From contig NW_026262668.1 in assembly GCF_021869535.1 (NCBI RefSeq), positions 12,276,001 through 12,340,000 on the forward strand: a DNA stretch of 64,000 bases, read 5' to 3'. The position numbers and the translations under genes were made by a program. Under the pieces are notes generated by a model that worked only from the letters and a program-made list of their open reading frames with translations, had not been told where the DNA came from and did not search any database. This DNA comes from Mytilus californianus (Eukaryota). Shown one piece after another: positions 50,601-63,340 of the stretch (positions are counted from its first letter, which is position 1; every line of letters begins with the position of its first letter).

Positions 50601-53600
50601 TATGTTGTGTCATCTGTACTATTATCTGTCTATTTGTCTTTTTATTTTTGACCATGGCGTTGTCAGTTTGTTTTCGATCTATGAGTCTGACTGTCCCTCT
50701 GGTATCTTTCGTCCCTCTTTCAGATGGATTACAAAATTGTCTAAACAAGTTGAACACTTACTGTAAGAAATGGAACTTGACCGTCAATCTTGACAAGACA
50801 AAATGGATGATATTTAATAAAAGTGGTAAAAAGCTTACTAAAGACAATTCATTCTGAATAATGAAATAATTGAATGTTGCACAGAATACAAATATTTAGG
50901 TTTATCATTCAAGCCATCAGGAATTTTCACTAATGCTGTAAATCTCCTTTGTATAAAAGCTTTAAAGGCATTGTTTTGTATTAAAAGAATGCTTTATTCA
51001 GATAAGATCGATATTTTTTTCCCAAATGAAACTTTTTTCATTTATCTTGTGTTACTATATTGTAGTGAGATATGGTCACTAAATATTGTGAAGAACAACA
51101 AAACTCTTGAATCTCAATATTTATCAATTGAATCAGTAAAACTCCAAATCAAATTTGCAAAAAATCTACTTAACGTAAATTCAAAGGCAGTAAATATAGC
51201 TGTATTAGATGAATTGGGAATGTACCCTATTGGTATACAGGACCTAAAGTCTTCTGTAGGATTTTATATTGCATATCTTAAACTCAAATGAAAAAGAGTC
51301 TTTATTATATAATGTTTATAAAAATTATAAGCAGTAAAATAATGGATTTGCTTCCAAAATTAAAATGCTACTATCTAAATTGAATTTCCCTCATGTGTGG
51401 GAAAATCAATGTACCTTTTCTAAAAAACGATTACTTTCAGCCCTATCGAAGAAGCTCAATGAAAATAACAATATATATTGGAAAACTTGATGATAATTCA
51501 ATAAATGGAAATAAACTAAGAACCTACAGAAAATTTAAAGTAAAGTATGAACTTGAAAAGTACTTTTTATTGAATTTAGATAAAAATGTTACAAAAAAAT
51601 ATGCAAAAATAAGAATAAGTAATAGTATGCTAGCTATTGAATGGTCGATACAATAAAACCGCCTTAGAAAATAGAATATATCCCTTATGCCATAAAGAGG
51701 TGGAAGATGAATTCCATTTTATCATAACATGTACAGAACTTAATACATCTAGGATCAAAATGTTTAAAACTGAAATTTCTAATATTGTTCCCTGTTTTAA
51801 TTCAATGAGTATTTTCTTGCGAAGAATGTGATATATTAATTACCATTGTTAACAGTATAAGTGAAATGTATAATGAGAGAAACAACTATAATGTCAATAC
51901 ATTAACTGTGTATGATTCATGACTAATATTATAATATATATAATCAAGATATTTGAAATGATACCTTTATAGAGGAGGCATGTTGTCAAAAATAGTATTG
52001 TAATAAATATTAACATTTTATTTCAATGCTACATGTTTGTATTGTTTTCTGTCTATCGTTTTGTTATTTATATGTTTTTCTTTAGTAACAATCCTATTGT
52101 TTGGATTTTAAACTAATAAAATTCTTTTTCTTATTCTTATCCCTTTTTCCAAAAATGTGGTCTTTATTCTTCCAAAATTTAACTTTTGTATGACATTTGT
52201 ATGACAAATATACATTTGGTTAAATTTCATGCATTAATTTCTATACATGTGTAGTTGCAGTGTGATATCAATCTACAAGAAAATGAGTTTGTTGCCAAGC
52301 TTATCCTTGAAGATGAAGAATACTCTGGTTGTGGAGCTAATAAAAAAGCCGCAAAGGATGATGCCGCCAATGATGCCTTAATAAATACAAAGTATCATGA
52401 TGAAACAAAAATTGAAAAGACAACAATTACTAAGTTAAACGAACTTTGTCAAAAAAAACACGCAGGTAAGTATTTATAAAACAGGTCAGAATAGAATAAA
52501 GTTTTAATTTTGATGGTATAGCATCTGCAATATATCTTCATCAGTTTCCCTGAAAACTTTGTATCTTTATCGTATCGACAATGTACGAAAAACATCATAT
52601 AGTATCGTCATTCCCTCCGCCTATATCATCCTGCTCAGTCGCTTCGTAATTCCTGAATCACGGCTTTGAGACGTGAGCAAGCATTTTCAGCGCCGTCACA
52701 ATGCCTGAGGAGAAGTTATTAGCGACATCACAATGTGTGAGATGTTATCAAGCTTACTTTCGTCAAGGTAAAACTGTCTAAGGCAGCGGGGAAAGATAAA
52801 CAGATTATCGGGTTTTCTACGTATAATTATCGTAAAATATCAGCCGCTCGATACAATGCGAAGTTTTTTGCTAGTTTGCTGCGTTCACTCTCCAGAAAGG
52901 TTCACACAGTGGCTCAAAGCTGATATTTTACGATATCAATGTGTAGAAAACATAATCTATACGTATCTATTTAAAGGTTTTCTTGTTTAAAAGCAGTTGT
53001 GTATTGGCTTGTAGAAAAAAAGTATCAAGACATAATTTTCCTTCACAGTATTTCGTTTAAGAAATAAATACCTGGTCAAAGAGATATACTGTCAGAAGTT
53101 GAAGGCTAATGAGTTGGTTGACCAATATTTTTCCGCATGTTTTACGAATTTTACGAAACTAGACAACTTTGTAAAAAGGGAATAAAAAAATTAAATCCCG
53201 AGGATTATAAACGATCGCTAACGAGTCAAACCATTTTATTTCGAAAGTGAAATAAACTGTTTCCTTGATTTTGTTTTAAAGAATTTTGTCAGAAAATACT
53301 CGCACGTCAACCAATCTAAGTCTATAGTTAGAAGGCAACATAGAGTACCGAGGTTCAAAACAATGAAACCCCTTTTGTATATTCCGAAAAAAGAGTCAAA
53401 ACCATAGGGAATCACAAGAAACTCAACAGGCCAAATGAAGTACATATGGATTATGCCGGGTGTCAGTCTTTAGATTTCTATATAGTGTTCTGTGGACTGT
53501 TGTTTGTTTATTCGCCGTTTTTCGTGTTTTGCGTTGTCAGTTTCTCCCCGACTTATGAATTTTTTAAAGTACCCATGGTATCTTCTGCCTTTTTTATAAA

Positions 53601-56600
53601 CTGTAAAGTTACGAAAAATCATCATTTCAATGACAGTTCATGTCAGTAGAGAATTGTTGACTATTGTGCTGGTGATATTCTCGGGGACAAACAGCGTTCA
53701 CCAACAACTCCGAAGTTATCAAAACTAATCATAGATACCAGGATTCTAATTTATTAGCAGGATCTGCTTACCCTTCCGGAGCACCTGAGATCACCCCAAG
53801 TTTTTGGTGGGGTTCGTGTTGCTCAGTCTTTAGTTTTGTATAATGTGTTTTGTGTACTATTGTTTGTCTTTTTCTTTTTTAGCCATGGCGTTGTCAGTTT
53901 ATTTTCGACTTATGAGTTGAGTTTGAATGTCCCTTGGTATCTTTTGCCCCTCTTTTATTACACCGGGTTTGCGTTTCGTCGACATAAGACTGGCGCTAGA
54001 ATTAAATCAGTTAGAAGGCCAAATGCGAAAGCTAATCCAGACAAAGAAAAATGCCACTATAGCATACAACCGGTACACCTTTACATCAGCCAATCTGACA
54101 GCTGAAATATGCTGCAAAAGTATGATTATGATACATAGTAATAATTATTATACTAAAAGTAATAATGATGATAACGAAGAAAAACATGTTTTCCCATAGA
54201 AATGTGTGTCAGATAACCAAATTGCTTTCAGTTATCTAAGTAATGATAACCAATAATATATCCTTTCCAATTCAATTACTTCAACACGACACGATCTCCT
54301 GTTGGTTATAGTTTACAAGAAAATATTTCTGGCGTATAGTTACAAAAGAAAACGTAGTGTGTTGCGTGGTATTTTTCTACAAATGTACAAACGAGGAAAA
54401 TAACAAGCTAAATGAGACTTATGTGAATTAAGTTGATGTTGTTGTGGAAAATAACCCCTATCGATCAATCTCATATTATTTTATCTACTTGCTGCACATA
54501 ACGTATGTATACATAGGAATAGATTGTATACCGTATATGATTGTAGAAAGACATGAACAAGTCAAAGAAAAATACTACCATCAAATGATATGCAGCAGAG
54601 ATTACCAAAGAAAACGAATTTATTGATGTCTTTACCTTAGTTGCCAGAAGAGATATTTTTCAGTGTCCTCAAAAGAAGTAATTCAACTGATGGTATGATT
54701 CTTCAACTACAATTTTGGTTTCATAATATATATAGATAAACCTACATACAAGGAAATACTGCTTGCATTGATAATTGCATTAATCTTTGTATAAACTTGT
54801 TCATTTTGCAGATAAACCATACCTATGAGGAAACTTACAAGGAGGAAGATGAATTCGTCTGTAGATTGATAATTACTCATGAAAATAATGGTATTGTCAA
54901 AGACGAAGAGCATGTAGGAAGAGCAAAATCAAAGAAAGATGCAAAGCACGATGCTGCTTCCCGAGCTCTTAGGAAAAGTAACATTCTTCTTAATTCTTCT
55001 GCTAAAGGTAACTGATCTGTTATACATGTATGTCTTATGATGGGAAGATGACTTTAGTAATAATAGTTATTGAATGGGGAAAATAATTATATGTACCCTA
55101 TCCCTCTTCAGGTATTTTTTACTCCTACGACCTTCTTCTTTGTTTGTCAGGAAAATTTACCCTTTTATAACACACTCACCCAAAACAGCTACATGAACAA
55201 ACAGGACATTAAAAACTACCCAAATTCATTTTAGTCAACTTTGCCTGAGACAGTTGGAACGATAGTTTTTTAATAATTTCTTAATTTGTCTATTGAAAAA
55301 AGTATTAACAATAATACTGAACTGTAAGGTTAATTCAAAAAAGGGGAAGTCCATAGCACCTGACAAAAATCCAACGTTGGACTATAACAACTAACGAGAC
55401 GAATGGAAAACAACTATTATATTCCTGAGTTGATACCAATGGTTTCATTTGGTAAAGTTGAAATCATAACTTCGAAATTTTCAAAACAGACATACTGATT
55501 TGGTAAACCGTTAACGTATATCTGTGTCACAGATGAACATAGATATGTTACACTTGTCACAGCCACATTACCGTACGTTTTTATTCGATTGTAACGTATT
55601 TGAATGTGACTTATCGCCGATGTTTTGTTACCATGAGCAACACAAAATGTTCCATTATAAAGACAAGAACTGTTAACTCTCTCTGATCACGTCTTTTAAC
55701 CCCATTGTTTTGAGGGTTTCGTGTTGTTCAATCTTTACTTTTTTGTGCACTACTGTGTTTTGTGGACTCATTTGACTTTTCGTCATTTCACTAGTAAATG
55801 ATTTTAGTCTGCAAAGGTCATTTTGATCTTGACAACATCCGAAAAGTCTGAACAATACATTATTAAGTCACGTTCAGGCTTTCTGAAAATTAAGGATGTT
55901 GTTCATGTGTACAATTGAATATTAACTACTTGACAGTCTGAACATAGACTAAACAGATCTTAATTGACTATAAACGAATTGTTGGAACAGTACTGAATTT
56001 ACCGCAGTGGATAAATCTAAAATTGAAGACTAATTAAAAGACTGAAAATTACTTACTAATTTGTTGCATAGTCTTTAAAGAACTATTAAGATCAAAATCA
56101 CTGTCTTGGATAAAAAAATGTTTACTAGTGTATGTCTTTTTTGTCATAGCATTGTTTGCTTGTTTTACTTATGTTATTTAAATGGCCTTTTGGTATATTC
56201 TCCCTATTTTTTTTTGTCGATTGTTGAAACCGTGCGTTTCCCTGGAGATGTCTTGTTACGTTTATCTGGTGTCCTGTTATAGTCTGATTAACATTTACTC
56301 TCAAATCTTCTATTATTTCTATTCACAAATGTTGTTACTTTCTATGATATGTGATTTCCATAATGCACATGATGACAATTCTATCAGTTTTAGAATACTT
56401 TCAAATTTTTATATTACAGATTTAGCTTGTGCAGATGGATCATATGCTTGTATTGGAAACCAGACTGGTTATGTTCTTATTATTAACTTTAGAAAAGATA
56501 GAGACTGTAAGTTAAAGTAGTATGGGGGTTTACACAAAAAATACCGATTTTTCCATCATTTGCCAAGATTTAGTTTATATCAAGCTATTTTCAAAAATGT

Positions 56601-59600
56601 TGTTTATATCGAGCTATTTTCAAAAATGTAAATTATATCGTGCTATTTCCCAACATGTAGTTTATAAAGTGCTATTTTCAAAAATGTTGTTTATATCGTG
56701 CTTTTTACAAAATTTTTTTTGTTTGTTTATGCCCTTAGCTCCTCCGGGGAGCATAGGTCATTGACGAAAACTTGTTTAAATCGTGCTATTTTCCAAAACG
56801 TTGTTTATATCGTGCTTTCTTCAAGAATGTAGTTTATATCGTGGTATTTCCAATATTCCAGTAAAATGTATAGGTAATCGATTTTGAAACTACAGATAGC
56901 AACAATTTACACATTTTTCAAGGATTGTACAGTGAAAAAGTATAATGGTGTGAAAGAAAAAACCGAAATTTAATATGAAAGTTAGCTATAAGAAATTATT
57001 ATAGAAAATTAAAAAAAATTGACGTCATCGTCTTTTTTCTTGCTATAGTACAAAAATAGAACAATGTATTGTAGATTCCTTTGAAAGATTAAATTACCTG
57101 AGCTATTTCCCCTTCTGATGCTAATTAAAAAAAATGAACCAATCTTTTAATACTCTTTATTTATAAAAACAGCCCTAATTATAGGCTAAAATCACATACT
57201 TTTCCATTTAAACGAAAAGCATTTAATATGAATTGCATTGCTCCCTCAAAATTTGCTAATTTAATAAAAAATCTTGTTATAACTATTTTACTACCTTAGA
57301 TGGCAGAAGACTCTCATATTGCCTGTAATATGTGTATGTATTAATTTTCAATTATATAAAATGATAACTGGCTATGACAAACCTTTCATTTAAGAATTGA
57401 GTATTTTTTTCCTGTGTTATGTCCTTTGTCTGAGCGCCAACTGAGTCACACGTTGTCATGTGTATCTCTTAAATAAAAAGTGATAGAGATACCAAGAGTA
57501 CTATCAAAATTCGTAAGTCAAATAAAAACAGACAACATCATGTCCTAAAAGAAAACAACGAAAAAAAAACATAAAAAACCCAAAAATTACACAATAACCT
57601 TCTAATGCGAAAATATGTGGTAGTGTTCGGTCTTCTTTCTTTAGAACAATGCTTTATAAAAAAAATATTTTTAGTGATCGTAATGTGGTCTTAAACGTGG
57701 TCCACAACTATAATTAACTCACACTTTTGAATAGAAAAATTGTTCTGGTTAATCTATTCATTATAAATCATGGGATGTTTCGAAATAACCACCATGTTTT
57801 TCTAAGAGATTTGAAGCACACAATTTCTTAAAAACCTTAAAGATACCAAAAAGTCATTTTTTTTAATTTCAGGGGCAGACAAAGACGAAGAAAATATAAT
57901 TGAATTAATGAGCGGTATATTGAAATTTGAATATTCGGTTGTGGCAGACCCAACAAAGGCGGAGCTGGTCAATATTCTAGAAAATATTTCAAGCAATTTA
58001 AATGGGAATTATAAATCGTATTATTGTTTTATGGTATTTTTGATGGCTCATGGTAGTCAGGTATGTATTAATCTTTTTTCATTGACTTACATATACATTT
58101 ATATTTATATTTGTTAAAATGAGAAGACAATTGGTTTTAAGGTAGATGGGGATATTAATAAAAGAAGATATAATTTCTTTATACTTTACATAGGTGTTGA
58201 TTTTCTCATGCCGTTTTCAAAAATATAATAAAAGTATGGGTCATATAGCTTTGTATTAAGCCACATATTGTGTGAAATTGTTAGATTTAGAAAGGAATGT
58301 AAATGGAAAAGTCACTATTGTGTGAATAGAAAGAAAACAAAATGATAGAATTTTAAAATAAATAAATGAGAAAAAGCTCTTATAATGTGTTTTCATGATA
58401 TAAAAAGAAAAATCGAAATCAAAGTACTCGTTTACTTACTACATAACAAAATGTTTACATGCGAAAGTATGACCGTGCCACGTTTTGGACCCGTGAATTC
58501 TAAAATCAAAAAGTATCATCAATCTACCAAATATCAACCTTCATATGTCCATAAGAAATATGATTCTGTCAGATATCAGGATTTACATTTTGAATTTGGT
58601 CTTACATATTTGCATTAGGGCTTCAAACCTCTTGCATTTAAGTGCAAAACTGCAAAACATTTTGTCTTATTTTGAAATATTGCCATTGATATATTTAAAT
58701 ATATAAGCAAAGGATGTATCCAAAAAGATATTTCTTAAAATATGTATTGTAAAAATGGTTATGTGTGTAAAATATCCTTTTTGGTAAGGTCTTTGATCAT
58801 ATTCATGTTGACCAAAACTATACGTGAAATTACCATATCAGGTTAAATACGTCAATTTCAACATGTTTATGACTTCATACGGACATCATATGTGAGCTAT
58901 CTTCCACTATCAAGATTGTGTCTGTTAAATGAATAATAAAAGTTTCGTGACAATGTTTATCGCAAATATCCCATTTAACCTGAAATAAAGGAAACCACAG
59001 GTACAGTTAAGTCTGCTCAATGTCTTGATTTATACCTATAAATTCACAATGAATTTCCGAGTAATGAAATCCAAGCAGCGCATATATATATGGAGTATAT
59101 ATCTCCCAGTTGATACGATATTCCAGTGCTTGCGTTTTCTATCATTATTTTCCTTGATACATATTTGCTTCTTACAATGTTATCCCTTCGAAAAGTATAA
59201 GGACACCGTCATGATTTGTTTGACCGTTATGAAAGAACTGAAAAATAGATGACCACGGATATGTTCCACTTGTCGTAATCCGAATTTTAATGGTTGCCAA
59301 TAGTGGAGCAGGAACTACTTACTCTTTCCTTTTTGTCCATGGTGTTGTCTGTTTTATTTGATATTTGTTTTTTGCTTACCCTTTTGGTGTCTTCTCCATC
59401 TTTATTTATGAATGACCATCTTTTGTCTGAAATGTAGTACAAATTGTATCAGCTGTTACCGTCTCTTTTAACTTATACTGATATCAATTATTTACATTAG
59501 TTTGGAGTCATAACTGCTGATAAAGGTAAAAAGAAGATAACTATTTCTGTGGATGAAATAATGGAATTGTTTAAAAATGATAAAATACCAAATTTTGTAG

Positions 59601-62338
59601 GTAAGTATGAACAAAAATGTATCTCTTAATTTTTTAATAAGACCATGCCACTGCTGGTGAACTAGACGTCCCCGACGGTATTGCTAACTGAGTAGCCTAT
59701 ATTTTTTTTTATATTGGGTTAATTTCATTCACTGACATATTCTATAATACGGGTCCAATTCTGACACAGGAAGTTAAATTACGGTGAGATATATATATAT
59801 TGAAATCATAGTAGAGCAAACTGCAGTGAAACAGCAACACAGTGATACAAAAATCATAAGACATATTTAGGATCATTTGGTCACCAATAATAAACAAGAG
59901 TCTATATAAAATGTCAAGCTCTAAAATCCCCTCGAGTCTTAAAAATATATATTTCAAATTGCAGTAAACTAGCTTTTCTTCGTTTCTTAATCATTGATTT
60001 GTGTTTTATTCTAAGATCACTCACTGTATTGGTTCCGAAACTAATAATCGTTGTTCAAGGTTTCTAATTATGTGCACACATGTATAGATAATACAACTTT
60101 TAAATCGATGAATACAGACTACATGCTTGTATTTCTATAAAAAAATAGATTTGTTTAAATACAATTATCAATAAAACTGGATACAAATGTATGGAAGTGA
60201 TATGATAGTTTTGAAACTATAACTGACTGCAAGTACATTTATGCTACATAATTGAAGTCTATTTGTATTGTTCTTTGTTGTTCTGCTACAGCGAACATTT
60301 TCCACATTGAAATTTTAATATAGAATATTAACATTTTGAATCTGAAGGAAAAACTATAAACACAAAACTTCGGCAGAAAATTTGAGCATCCCGATCTCCA
60401 TTGAAACAAATGAGGTGAACAGTTTAACACTTAAGTCTGAGAGAACATGAATAATTTATTAGTTGTTTTTGTCTTAAAGTAGCGTTGGCGATCATACCAC
60501 ATCTTCTTTTTTATATTCAGTTACTGTTAGATCGGTAATGTGTGTCTTTTGTCTTTAACTCTGATAACTGTTTTATGTGCTTCGTGTCGATCTGATGAGT
60601 TAAGCCGCGAAACTGATTTTCACAGTTCGTTCTTATGCTTTATTTTGCTCTTGCACCATTATCCCAGGTTAGAGGGAGTGTTGAAATCTCACAAACACGT
60701 TTACCCCTGCCACATTTTACAGGTGCCTCTTTTCCAAGTCATGGGCCTGTAATTCAGTGGTTGTCGTTGGTTGATGTCTTTCGTATTTGTTCTACATTTA
60801 TTGTTTTATCATAAATCAGGCCTTTGGTATTTTCGTTTAAATTGTTTTACATTTTGTATAGCTCACTATAGGTATGGGTTTTGCTCAGTGTTGTATGCCG
60901 TATTATGACCTATAATTGCTTAACTCCGCTTCATTTTAACTCTGTTGGATTGTTATCTCTTTGACTTATGTCTTTATTTTTATATAGTGTTTACACAGGA
61001 TAATAAGTATTAACCGAGAAAAAATAAATCCATCAGACTAATCACTTTCAAACATTTATAGTTTTGCAAATCATAAAAGAATTATCATGTTTTAAAGGTA
61101 AACCTAAAATGTTCTTCATCCAAAGCTGTAGGGGAAAATCAATCCAGGATACTTTCGTTCAGCCAGATGATGACGACGATGACACGGTAGAGAGAATATC
61201 AGCACCAACTGATGCAGACATTCTTATTGCTTATGCAACTACTGAAGGTATAATGTGTATTGTATGATTATTCCACTTTGTAAATATATTTTGTCATTAT
61301 TCCTTTGCACAACAGTAAAAAGATCTACATTGAACAAAAAAAAAAAAAATACAAGTCGAAGAAAGGAAGACAATACTATGGCAATAAAAAAATCAGAAAA
61401 ATACAATCATTAGTCTACTAAAAGCAATACATTGAAATCTAAAGATAAGGCAACACACACAACCAAAAATTGAAGTTAACTCAAGTGCTCCGGAGTGTTG
61501 GCCAGTTCCTGTCCGATAATTGACATCCATAGTGGTACTCAAATTCCTAACATTTATGCATGGCCGATTTTGAAGTTTTCAAATGAAAAACATAGTTTTT
61601 CAGAGCAAATCATAGTTTTTCTGAGCAAATCATAGACAAGCATGTTAACAAAAGGAAACATCACATACATTAAAAAGAAAGTACAACATTGAAATCCAAA
61701 GCAAATACAATACCAACTCTACGATATATATAAATAGGGTTGAACTCAAGCATTAAGTTCCTATTCTAACGGGTAATGAAATCGAAAAATCAATAAAACT
61801 TCACCACTTTTAAATCGTCATAGGGATATCAGGATCGCTTTTTCTTATATAAGCATTTACTATGATAAAAGACAATAAAACGATGCATTTTGCGCAAAGA
61901 AATATTGTTTTATGGATTCACTTATTTCACATACAAATTGGTGTTTTGGTATATTCAAGCAAATTTAGAGTGCACATCAGCTACCTACTATTTTGAAAAT
62001 AGATTGAATTCGGATACAGCGCTGTTTAAGCTCATGACGCTATATTAATTTTATCTTTCTTAGAATTATAAATGTAAGAAAATAAATAAACTACTTCATA
62101 ATGTATATTTTCAGGTTATAAAGCTTTTCGACACAAGAATTTTGGTTCTATCTTTATCTATGAATGTATAAAGAAGTTCAAGGAACAATATAGTAAGACA
62201 CATCTAGAAGAAATGATGATTGATGTCAAAGCAGCACTTGCGCTAGGCTCTGTAGATAAGACAAAGAAGCATGTACAAATGCCTTGCACATGGAGCACCC
62301 TTACAAAAAGATTTTTCTTTGTACCCACTGAGTCATAA
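44689..62338 (+). CDS. Caspase with two N-terminal dsRNA-binding domains (dsRBD-dsRBD-caspase), ~413 aa, 8 coding exons
   Basis: Exons 44689-44775, 52255-52465, 54812-55007, 56420-56506, 57873-58060, 59501-59600, 61098-61247, 62115-62338. dsRBD1 KSPYKQLEEL...SGCGANKKAAKDDAANDAL; dsRBD2 TKLNELCQK...VGRAKSKKDAKHDAASRAL; caspase GYVLIINF, FLMAHG (His 58049-58051), GKPKMFFIQSCRG (Cys 61127-61129), DADILIAYATTEG, GSIFI, QMP..WSTLTKRFF. All junctions are phase-compatible except exon 2/3 (off by 1). The exon 2 acceptor could be 52261, and further upstream exons are not excluded. Confidence 0.85.
48521..48564 (+). ncRNA. Degenerate hammerhead, family 3
   Basis: gcatca CTGATAA gac atttact gtc GAAT tgtgta TC tggttc; two core changes. 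Confidence 0.5.
49608..50719 (+). mobile_element. 5'-truncated Naiad-like PLE (family 2) inserted in the LINE
   Basis: CAPLLADLFLYYYEADF / IQELLRKKDKKLA, YIDDVLSLNN, MKTKLYDKRDDFSFPIVNFPFL...ISDMFLMS, followed by the 3' tail. Confidence 0.88.
49661..49896 (+). mobile_element. Family-2 retrozyme fragment with hammerhead (49816-49859) inserted in the Naiad RT
   Basis: Matches ~38128-38359; gcgtca CTGATGA gtc ttatgta gac GAAA cgcgcg TT tggcgt (intact core, GUU triplet). Confidence 0.85.
53755..53955 (+). repeat. Solo 3' tail of the family-2 Naiad
   Basis: gcaggatctgcttacccttccggagcacctgagatcacc matches 50518-50719. Weaker relatives occur near 16000-16200, 17660-17770, 18940-19070, 34050-34250, 40060-40200, 45640-45850, 53450-53600 and 59000-59400. 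Confidence 0.8.
56574..56855. repeat. 29-bp minisatellite (~8 copies) interrupted at ~56718-56771
   Basis: Consensus tttatatcgtgctattttcaaaaatgttg. Confidence 0.8.
60480..60960 (+). repeat. Dispersed repeat related to the Naiad-1 tail
   Basis: aggttagagggagtgttgaaatctcacaaacacgtttacccctgcc resembles 8160-8240; the 3' part resembles 40380-40650. Confidence 0.6.
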
Positions 62339-62589
62339 CCTAGAAAAATGCTTGTAACTAATTTAATTGATTAAAATATTTGTCTTTTTACGTAAGGACA
62401 AGGTTCGCTTTTGCCAAAATGTAACCTTGAATTAAAGGTTTTTCGTAAAATATAGAAAAAAAAAAACACTCACACTTTGTTTCTTTATCCTTTGTTTGAT
62501 TAACTTCAAACTCTGTAAAATAATTGATCGTGATATGCAAACATTACCATGTGAAGTTTGTTTGATTCTGTTGATATTATCTAGAATAA

Positions 62590-63340
62590 TGTTCAATGCT
62601 CATTTCGCTTTAAAAATGTTTACCCTTTCGGAGCCGACCTCTTCGTCGCAACTCCTCCTACATGAATTTATCGTATCTACAAGAAACTTAGTGCTTTGTT
62701 AGATCTTAATATGCAGATGTGCATTTGGGTTGTATGTTCCCGTCCGTTGACTTTTTTTTTTTAGAGTTATGCCCCTTTCAACTTTGAAATTTTGACCCTG
62801 TCCAGAACATATCTTTTATTCGCAACCCCGCCTTCATGTTTTATCTTATCTAAACGAAACTGTATATTGTTAAACTAGTATCATAATATACAGACATGCG
62901 TAAGGGTCCATTGAGTTTTCCCAGAATCATGTCTCTTTGAGCTTTGAAAAGTTTAGTTTTGCCCGACACCTACCTTGTCATCGAAAATCCTACTTTATGG
63001 TTTATTATATGTACATGGCAGTTGGAACATTGTTAGGTATGCTTATGTGGTAGGATATTCTAGTCTAATGAGGTTATGCCAAATAGAAAATATTTACCCT
63101 GTCAAAAATCTACCTAGTCATCGCAACTCCTCAAAGACGTTATTTTTTTTTAAATCATATATATAGGATACTTTATACATTGTTAGATCCTGATATGGAA
63201 ATATGTATGTATGTAGGATGTACACATCAAAAGTAAGAACTAATAAGTCAAAATTTATGATATCAACTTTTTTTATTCCCCATTTTTCAGTCACTAGTAT
63301 ACTTAAACGCTGATCAATGATGCGGTGTATGTTAGTACGG
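62590..63340. mobile_element. Decayed HINE-like element
   Basis: Repeated cgcaactcctc units (62648, 62820, 63122) and agagttatgcccctt motifs typical of these elements; termini unclear. Confidence 0.4.

Larger units (their letters stand above)
49090..52140 (+). mobile_element. Decayed, 5'-truncated CR1/L2-group LINE, split by nested insertions at ~49608-50719
   Basis: EQIGFRKG, ACFIDFKKAFDTINREALLHKL, QGCIFSPTLF, SLLYADNLVLISES, then DGLQNCLNKLNTYCKKWNLTVNLDKTK, CHKEVEDEFHFIITC; aataaa and T-rich tail near 52115-52140. Ends approximate. Confidence 0.85.

Noticed and set aside
52828-52935. Perfect 17-bp inverted repeat tatcgtaaaatatcagc / gctgatattttacgata
   Set aside because: Probably internal to an unclassified repeat; no TSD or termini could be defined.
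60589-60625. CTGATGA...GAAA resembling a hammerhead
   Set aside because: No convincing stem II, stem III or helix I pairing.
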